Source: a virus (taxonomy: Duplodnaviria; Caudoviricetes). Taken from it: a DNA stretch of 64,000 nt. Below, in pieces: positions 1 through 9,400 of this stretch. The DNA lies in IMG/VR virus record IMGVR_UViG_2687453145_000002, positions 52,166-116,165 of that record. One strand, 5' to 3'. The notes below the pieces were generated by a model, which worked only from the letters and a program-made list of their open reading frames with translations, was not told the DNA's origin and ran no database searches. The translations under genes and the position numbers were made by a program. Position 1 is the stretch's first letter. Every line of letters starts with the position of its first letter.

Positions 1-2
1 CA

Positions 3-353
3 CTCAAGGCGTGGACCGGGGGCGATCCCAAGCGCCTGCAGTTTATCAAGGAGGCCAACCAACATGGCAAACTGAGCAGTCTGCTGGATTCCCCGGCCAA
101 GATGAACACGGCCTTTGAGCTTTGGCGCCAAGATGTTGCGAAAGAGGAGGCAGCCAAGCAAGCGGCGGCATCTGCTGAGAAGGTGCGCAACATGGAAGGA
201 GGTAAAGATCAGCCGCATAACTACCGCGCAGCAGAAGAGGCGGCCGTGAATGCGGTTATTGCATCATTTGCAAATGGACAGCCGACGCTCAACAAGGCAC
301 CAGATGGTGCGGCAGCCTATCAGGCGATGAGCCTGGCCCAGGCTCGCCGATAG
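3..353 (+). CDS. C-terminal part of a DNA-ejection (internal virion) protein, 5' partial
   Basis: Open from position 3 (LKAWTGGDPKRLQFIKEANQHGKL...AYQAMSLAQARR); homologous to the end of 58854-59849 with a longer internal segment. Confidence 0.85.
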   Translation, partial: LKAWTGGDPKRLQFIKEANQHGKLSSLLDSPAKMNTAFELWRQDVAKEEAAKQAAASAEKVRNMEGGKDQPHNYRAAEEAAVNAVIASFANGQPTLNKAPDGAAAYQAMSLAQARR

Positions 354-393
354 TTGCCTTTCACCTACCCCAGCGTTAGCATCTCTCCATCGT
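354..393 (+). promoter_or_regulatory. Late-type sigma70 promoter of the giant gene with a pause-like element
   Basis: TTGCCT-17bp(ending AGCGT)-TAGCAT, then CATCGT 5 nt downstream; same design at 38099, 44454, 51187, 59850. Confidence 0.7.
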
Positions 394-424
394 CGATCAG
401 TCTGCATGCTGATCGCCCCATCTC

Positions 425-463
425 AAAAGCCCCAAACGGTTCGCCGCTCGGGGCTTTTCTTTT
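425..463 (+). terminator. Intrinsic terminator in the leader of the giant gene
   Basis: AAGCCCC...CGG-TTCG-CCG...GGGGCTT followed by TTCTTTT; conserved at 59923-59961. Confidence 0.75.
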
Positions 464-483
464 GCTCGAAATCCGAGGACACC

Positions 484-3400
484 ATGGACAAACTTGGACT
501 GCGTGACGCCCTGCCACAGCCGCAACAATCTGACACCCGCAATGACCCTTTCTGGGGCAACCTGGATAGCAGCCTGTCTGCTGCCGCGGCTGCACCGCCC
601 CAATCAGCCCAGCCGACTGCCAAGCGCGACCTTGATGTCGGTCTGGGTGATGTGGCGCGCGGGGTGGGTGCGGGCGCATTGGAGCTGGTCGGCGGCATTG
701 GCGAGCTGGCAAGACAGGCCAGCAACTTCGGCAAGGAGAACGCTGGCAAGCAGGGTGGGGATTATCTGGAGCAGGCCCGGGCCAATATGGCCAACAAGCT
801 GAGCCCTGTGCTGGATGCGGTTGCAGGCGCAGGTGACCTGGCCCAAGGGGGAGCTGAGTCGCTGACCGAGGGAATGAGCGCGGATGCCAAGGAGGCACTG
901 GGGCGCCGGCTGGTAGATGAAACACCGGAAGGACGTTTGACCCTGGGGGATGGTGCAGGGGATATCGATGTCTGGGCCATGAAAATGGCGCAGGGGGTTG
1001 GCTCCCTGCTGCCGACCCTGGCGGCGGGCGGCGTCACAGGATTGGCAGCCAAAGTCTCTATTGGCCGTGCGGTCACCGCATCCATGATCAAGCGTGGCGC
1101 GACCCAGGAGGTAGCCGAAGCGGTCGCCGCCAAGGCAGTATCCAAAATTGCCACCGGCGCCTCTGTGACCACCGGGGTGACCGGATCGGTGGGCAGTGCC
1201 GGGGTGAACGCCCGCGACACTGTGCTGGGAATGAGCTTTGACGAGCTGGCGGGCAGCGACACCTTCCGCCAGGCGTTCACTCGCATCGACCAGGATCAAC
1301 AGACCGCCCATCTCTCTGATGAGGAAAAGCTGGGGCTGGCCCGTGAGGAAACGGCCAACTTGGCCAGCCGAGCCACTATGAGCGACGCCAAGGTGTGGGG
1401 AGCTGCCGCCATGGGTTCCATGATGGGCGACGCCATGCTGTTCAAGATGCTGGCTGGCAAGGCGGCCACCGGTGGAGTGCTGAAAGGTGCTGCCAAGGGG
1501 GCGGCAGGTGAGGGTATCAGCGAAACCCTGGAGGAGGGGGTGCAGCAATACGCCGTCAACGAATCTCTCAACGAGGTGGCCGCCGCTGATATCGACCCGA
1601 TGAAGGGGGTCATGTCGAGCGCGATCGAGGGCGGCTTGATAGGGATGGGGGCAGGTGGTGCGGTAGGTGCTGTCGGTGGGGCGCGAGGCGGTAAGCATGC
1701 CAGCCAGGAAGATGGCGTTGGGACCGATCCGGTTTCAGAACCTTCCGCGCCGGTGACGGAGGGCGCTGCTGGTCCGGCAGTGGATCCGAACTTTGCTTCT
1801 GTTCCACTGGAAGAAGGCGAGCAGGCGCCCTCCGCCTCGCTGGCCGAGGGGGAGCTGAATCCGCTCGGCCCCAGCGCAAGCCAGTTTGACGAGCTGCGTG
1901 ATGTTCCCGCCTATCTGCGTCAAGACGATACCGCCGATCGCTACAAGGGGATGGCGGCTGATAGCGAGGTGCAGCGCGCCTTGGCGGGTGAGTTCGGCCA
2001 GACCGTGCAGGAGCTGGTTGCCTCCCAGATGAAGGCTGGCGATCAGGGCAAGAGCCTTTATGAGCGAGCTCAGGCTGGCGAGCTCGGGCTTGACCCGTTC
2101 GCAGGCAACAAGAGCGCCCAGCAGGTAGCCATGGAGAACCAGCGCCTAGCCCTGCCGCTCAAGGATGTGATCTTTGCGGGCGATGCCAATGCTAAACCCA
2201 AGGGGGAGGCAGTGGCCGCACCTGGGGATCACGATGACCAACAGGCTGGCCCCGGCCCGCAATTCCGAGGTGGTGAGCGTACCCGCTGGCAGAGCGGGCA
2301 GGAGGGGGATGTGTTGCCGCCAGAGGCATCTTCCACCAAGCCCGCTGGCGAGCTGCCGGGCGCGGTGATTGAGGGTGAGGCCCGCGAGGTGGGTAACGAG
2401 TTGCCGCACCGCAATGTGGTCTATGGCAATGACTTGCGCGCCGAGCAGCAACGGGCCGCCGATCTGGCCCGCCGTGAGCGCGAGCTGAACAACCACCCCC
2501 TGCAGATCGGTCAGTCAGAGACCATCTTTGCCGGGGGCACACCGGGCGCTGACCCGCGCAATAGCGCCTATACCCCGCCCAGGCTGTCACGGGATCAGGT
2601 CGATACCAGCATGGGCGAGCAGTCCACCCGCGATCCGCGCAGCCCGGTGGCGCAGTCCATCGAGCAGGCAGGCAGCGCCACCGATTCGGTATTTGGCCCG
2701 CTCAAGTCGTTGCGCATCACCCGCAAAGGCAAGCCGTTCGCAACCGAGAAAGAGGCTGCCATGGCCAGCCGCAAGGGCCAGGAGATGCCGGTGCCGCTCA
2801 ATGGCGGCGGCTTCGGGGTGGCCGAGATCGCCGAAGTCGAGCAGGTGAAGGCGGCTGCAACCACGCAATCAAGCGCCCCACAACTCGACGACATCAGTGT
2901 CACCAACCCGAATCAACCATCTGATCAGCCAGCTGCAAGCGTAAGCGCTGAAACAGTTCCGGCGCCGTCTGCCACCGCTGGCGAGGCCAGCCAACTAGCA
3001 CCAGCCATCGATACCGGATACCGCGAGGTGATTCCCGTCAAGCAACCCAAGACAGAGGTGAGCAATGAGCCAGTTACCCCAGTACCTGCAATCAGCAGTG
3101 AAGGACAACGCGATCAGCCTGGCGCAGGCGAACCGGCTGCAGCAGGCGCTGGACCAGCCGTTGCCGGACTCACCGACCGAGCTGGATCCGGAGATCGGGC
3201 AGATCTCGCTGCGCCTGCACCTGTACCTGACGGACAGCAGCAAAATGACCCAACACTGACAGCCCCGGCCACAGATGCCGGGGCTGCTGTTTCTGGCCGT
3301 ATTGGCGAGGAAGAGTTGCGAGATCGCGACCTGCTAAAAGAGCATGGCGGGCACTGGAAGTATCGTTCTGCAGTAGGCGCAGGCTGGTTTACTGCCAACA

Positions 3401-6400
3401 CCAAGGAGGCCGCCATTCAGCGTGCCGAGGAGGCATACCGCAAGGCAGTATCCAAAGGCGAGCCTGTGCCCACCAGGGATGAGCGGTTCGCACAGGCAGA
3501 CGCAGAGCTGTTTAGTGAAATGGATCGCCGCTACGGAAAGATGTCAACTCCCGAGCTTGAAGCAGAGTACCAGCGACTTGGTGGCGAGGTTGGCGATCTG
3601 CAAAAATCAGGCTCTGGCGAGTTCAACGGCAATGGCGGTCGCCGCACTGGGGCTGCTGTATCCAATGAAGGTGCTCGCCAGGTTGGTGAGGAACGCTTGC
3701 GCCTTGGCGTTTACATGAAGATGCGCCGCGACCGCGATACCGCGTGGTCGGGAGCCAAGTCGCAGCAGATCGAGCCAGCCAACGACTGGCGCGGCGCCAA
3801 GAGCGCAACGGATTACCACGCCGCGAAGCGTCGCCTGTTCTCTGGCGAGATGGAGTTTTCTGAATTTCAAGCGATGAGCCGTTCCGCTCTGGATAACGCC
3901 CCCTCCCTGCGGGCTGAGCTGGAAAAGAAAACCAAGCAGGATTTGCTTGATCAGATGAGCCGCTTCAATGCTGCCCGCTACAAAAATGACAAAAAGGCCG
4001 TCGTGGTCGAGGCCGCATACAACCAGCTGATCGGTGATCTGCGCTGGGCTGCCAATGGTGATGGCAATACCATCAGCGAGACCTATGCCATCGGCGGCGC
4101 CAGACAGAGTATCGAAGAGCGAGTCGCCAAGGCGCTGGATGGCCTCACCCCTGAGCGGTATCAGCAGTTCGTCAACAAGCAGCGGGCGGACGTGGCCAAG
4201 CGCGATGCCGAGTTGGCCGCCACCAAGGAGGCGCTGCGCGACCCGCAGACCCTTGAGCAGTTCAAGACCTTCCTGAAATACCGCTCGCTGGACAAGCTGA
4301 CCCCTGAGCAGCGCGCCCGCTATGAGGATTTGATCGCCGCCAGCAATCTGGACAAGCGGGATCAGGCCAACGAGGTGAAGGCTGCCACCGCCGTGACCCC
4401 GACCGCCAGCGGCGACATTATCAAAACCAAGCACACCAAGAGCGGGGAAGACCTCTTTGTGGTGCAAATGGGCGACCGGGTTGACCGCGACACCTATAAC
4501 CAGATCAACGCGCACGCCAAAAAGCTGGGCGGCTGGTATTCCTCTTACAAGGTCGGTGGCGCCGTGCCGGGCTTTCAGTTCAAGGATGAGGCCAAGGCCA
4601 CCGAGTTTCGTGGTTGGTTGACCGGTCAGGGGGCTGCCAGTGCCGCCCCGTCTGCCGAGGCAGCCCCCACCGAGGTGACTGAACCTGCCCAGACTGACAG
4701 CAAGAGCAAGCAGGTCGAGACCCTGCGCACCCGTGCCAAGACATTGCGTGACAAGGCCACCGCCGCACTCAATGCCGAGCGCAAGGAGAACACCAACAAG
4801 CGCATGACCGAGGCCGCCAACGCCCGCGCCAATGCTGAAAGTGAGTTGCACTTTGCCGGGTTGCTTGATGCCATTGCCGATGGGATTGAGTCTGGCGAGG
4901 TGACTTACCTGCGCAACCTGGCTAACGGCACCCAGTTGACCGAGCTAAACCACGCGCTAAGCCGCAGCTTGTGGAATTTGCCGCCAGCCCGCCGCGAGGC
5001 GCTGACCAGTCAGGGGATGATTGAGCGCGCTGAGGATGACCGGGAACGTTGGTCTGCCAAGGCCACCCCGGAGATGATGGCAGAAGGGGCGCAAATGCCC
5101 GGCATGGATTACTTCGCCCGCAACCTCAAAGATGTGGCAACCAAGATGCAAGGGGCAAGCGGCTTCAAGCAGGCCGGGGCCAAGATCATGGCGCTGGTCA
5201 ATGCGGCGATCAATCGTGACAGCAAGACGGTTTCCATTACCGATCCTGAGCTTATCGCCAAACTCAAAGCCTACACCAGCGGGGTGAGCGACTACGACGC
5301 CAAGGCGGTCAAGGAGCAGATCAACGGCTACAGCCGCTTGGAGCGCATGGGCATTACCAATCATACCGAGTTGCGCGCCGCCCTGCGTGAGCTGGCTCGT
5401 CTGCAAGCCGTGTTGAAAAAGCAGGCCGTGCCGCGCGACCCGTTAGCCGAGAAGATGGTCGCGCTAAAGCGCAAGTTGGTCGGCAACCGTAATGCCTTTA
5501 TCGACTTCTTCCCGACCCCTGAGAGCCACGCCGCCGATCTGGTGACGCTGGCCGGGATCGAGCCTGGCATGACGGTGCTGGAGCCATCTGCCGGGCATGG
5601 CATGTTGGCCGAGGCGGCGCGCGCTGCCGGGGCCAAGGTCGATGCGGTGGAGCTGGCTGTTGACCTGCGCGAGATATTGCAGGCGAAAGGGTTTGGTCTG
5701 GTGGGGGGCGATTTTATGGACACCACCCCGGCCCAGTCTTATGACGCCGTGGTGATGAACCCGCCGTTCTCCAATGACATGGATATTGACCATGTACGCC
5801 ATGCTTATGACCACCTCAAGCCGGGCGGGCGATTGGTGGCGATTGTGTCGGCCACGGCGGGGGATCGCCAAAACAACAAGAACAAAGCCTTCCGTGAGTG
5901 GTTTGACGGGCTAGGAGGCAGTGAGCAGGCCATGCCGGATGGCGCATTCAAGACGTCGCTCAACCCTACCGATGTGCGTACCAAGATATTTGTCATCGAC
6001 AAGCCCGCCAACGAGGTCAAGCCGCTGCTGTCGCCAGAGGGCAAGCGGGTGACGGTGGCCACCCCCAAGGGGCAGAGCGTCGAGGTGCAATACCGGGTGA
6101 TGGAGGCTGCCGATCTGGTGGCGTCCCACGACTTTGAGGGCAATCTCAACCACGACTACCCGCAGCAATTGCAGCCGCGTGACCGTAGCAAGCAGACCTA
6201 TCGGGTACAGGTGGGTCAGATTGCTGCCGCGCCGGATGGGGCGCGCCTAGCCGCCAGCCCGGAGACCGACCGGGGCGCGCCGATTGTGCGTGACGGCATT
6301 GTCGAGAGTGGTAACGGGCGCACCATTGGCTTGAAGCAAGCCTATCAGCGCGGTGATGCCGGGGCGTATCGCGCTTACCTGCTGACCCATGCCACCGAGT

Positions 6401-9400
6401 TTGGCCTTGATGCTGCCGCCATTGAGGCGATGAGCGCGCCGGTACTGGTCCGCGAGCGGCTGACCGAGATGGACGATCAGCAACTGCGTGACTTCGTGGT
6501 GGACTCCAACACCGACGCCAAGATGGCGAACAGTGCCGCCGAGGATGCCGGCGCCGACGCGGGCAAGCTGACAGACGACATGCTGGATCTGCTCAACATC
6601 CCTGAGGGGGGCGACGTACTGGCGAGCCAGAACAACCGATTCCTCCAGGCGTTCCTGTCTGCCATCGGCGAGAACCAGAGCAACAGCTATGTGAGCCGGG
6701 ACGGGCAGTGGAATGATGCCTACCGCAAGCGGGTGACGGCGGCCATCTTCGCCTACGGCTACGGCAACCAGCGGCTGCTGGATGCGGCCACCGGCGAAGT
6801 GGACGCGGACGGCCGTAACATCACTACCGCCCTGATCAACAACGCCGTGGGCATGGCCAAGTTGCGCCAGCACTCGCCGGAGCGGGCCAAGGTTATCTCC
6901 AACTACCTCGCCGAGGCAGTGGAGAGCATCGCCCGCGCCAAGCGCAGCGGGCAGTCCCTGCAAGAAATGGCCGCTCAGTCTGATATGCTGGGAGGCGACA
7001 CCAGCCCAGAGGGCAGCCTGCTGGCCCAGGCCATCGCGGCCAGCGCCCGCAGTGCCAAGGCGATCACCGGCATGGTTGGCGACATCCTGACTATGCTCAA
7101 CAAGACCACTTCCGCCGACATGTTCGGCGCGGCGGTGGACCCTGCAACCCCGGAGACAGCGATCAATGAAACCCTCAAGGCCATCAGCGCCTACAACCAG
7201 CAAAAAGCCAGCCAACCCAAGCCCGGCGGCGATCTTTTTGGCCTCGCCGGAGCACGGAATAACCACGGCGCAGCGCCAAGCGTTCCGCGATCTGGTGACG
7301 CAAGCGCAGCAAAAGGCGCAGGAGGAGTAACCGAGGGGCGCCTCGAGCTGGACGGGGTAAGTATCCGTATTCCGGCCATCGACGAGGAGCAGCAACGCCT
7401 CTACAACCAAGCCACCCACCGGGGCCAGGGCGTGAACTTTGCCAGCGGCATCAGCACCGGCGTGGGGCGGATCCTCAATGACCTGAAGGATGCCGGCCTA
7501 CTGGACACGGTAGAGCAGAGGGCGGCCGCCGAGGCTGAGGTGCAAGCCTGGGCCAATGAGGAGGCCATCAACGCCCGCAAGCTGATGCGCGACGGCATCA
7601 AAAACCCGAGCTGGGCGATCACCGGCCGTTCTGGTCGCAAGGCCCAGAGCAGCGACGCCCAGGACGCCGAGAACCGCCGCCAAGCCGCCCACCACAAAGA
7701 CCAGTCAGACCGCATCACGGCCCTGCGCGGAGAGCTGAAGAAGCTGCGCCCGAAGGAGGTGATCGGGAAAGATTCGTTCAACTACGCATGGGGCAAGGCC
7801 AAAGGCATGATCGCCGACTACGCCAGCGCCCAGAGCAACGGGCAGCCCAATCTGCTGGCCAGTCTGCGCAAGAGCATGAATGCCGAGCTGGCCCGCTACC
7901 TGCAATCCATGGGCAAGATCGACGCACCCAACTTCATCAAGACCCTGAAGGAGCAGGATCAGCGCCTGAAGGCCGCCGGCCATGACGGCTTGGTGGCCAT
8001 CGTGGGTGCGCGCTCCAACCCGGGCAAGATCATCTCCAACGCCATCGATGGCCGGATCCGCTTCTCCAAGCAAGCCATGTCACAAGGGATGCGACCTGCT
8101 AAACACCTGACTCGCAAGGAGGCTGAGCTGGTAACCAAGGGGTGGTTCAAGCAGTACCGCGGCGCTTCCGGCATAGATGTGCAGATCCACGCAACCCAGG
8201 CTGAACTGGAGGAATCCCTCGGGCTGGATGCCAAGGACGGATTGATCCGTCGCGCGGCGTTTGACGACGATGCAGGCACTCTCCATGTGGCTGCCGACAC
8301 CATCTCCGACCCCAAGCGGATGCGCGAGATCCTGCGCCATGAGGTGCTGGCCCACTACGGCCTGGCCAACGTCCTGGGTGATGGGGAATACACCAAGCTG
8401 ATGAGCCGTCTCATCCAGTCGCAGAAGGACCCCAGCATGAAGCCGGTGTGGGACTGGGTAAACACCCATTACGCCGACGAGGACATCGGCACCAAGGCCG
8501 AAGAGGTGGTGGCTCACCTCGCCGAACTGGAACAGGGGGCTTGGGGCCGTGGCTGGGATCGGGTTGTTGCTTGGGTTACCCGGGCGCTGCGAGCGGTCGG
8601 TTTTGTGCCTGATGGCATTACCGCCGCGGAGACGCGTTCCCTGATCGAGGGACTGGGCAAGAAGTTGCAGCGTAGCGGCCCAGACGACAGCGGGCCGGAT
8701 GGCGGCAAGAAGTTCAGCCAGGAAGCCGAGCGGCCAGCCCTGAAAGGCGGTATCAAGATGAGCCAGGCCAGTACCGCAGCTGATGCGGCCATGGAGAAGC
8801 TCAACCTGGGCCCCAAGCCCGACATCATCGACAAGACCAAAACCAACCTGAACAAGCTCCGTCAAGTTGACCGTGGCGTGGTCAGCTCATGGGTTGATCG
8901 CGTCATCAAAAAAGCCAATACCGAGGTGCTCGACGCGCTGGCCCCCATCAAGTACGCCGAGGAGGCTGCCGGCATTACCGATGCTGCTGACTCCGGCTAT
9001 GTGGCTGCACGGATGGCGACGGGGGCCGCCTCCACCATGCAGGCGACCATGCTTTACGGTTTGCCGGAGTGGAAGGATGGGGTGATCCAGCGCAAGGCGG
9101 GCACCGGCGAGAAGGATGCGCTGCTGGGAATCTTTGCCGACCTGGGAGCTGACCTGCACAACTGGCTGGGCTGGATGGCCGGCCACCGGGCCGAGCTGTT
9201 GCTGGCCCAAGGGCGTGAGAACCTTCTCGACGCCCAGGACATCGCTGCCCTCAAGGCTCAAGGTAAAGGCAAAGAGGCCAAGTTTCTTGACGCCAAAGCG
9301 CGCTGGAATCGGCTCAATGCCGCCACCCTGGACCTGGGACAAGAAGCTGGGCTCTTCACCAAAGAGGCCCGGGCGGAGTTCGAAAGCGAGTGGTACATCC

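Noticed and set aside
406-483. Upstream extension of the giant ORF
   Set aside because: It overlaps a terminator; the paralog and SD support the start at 484.
3665-3718. Third possible nested ORF (MKVLARLVRNACALAFT)
   Set aside because: Very short and no SD.
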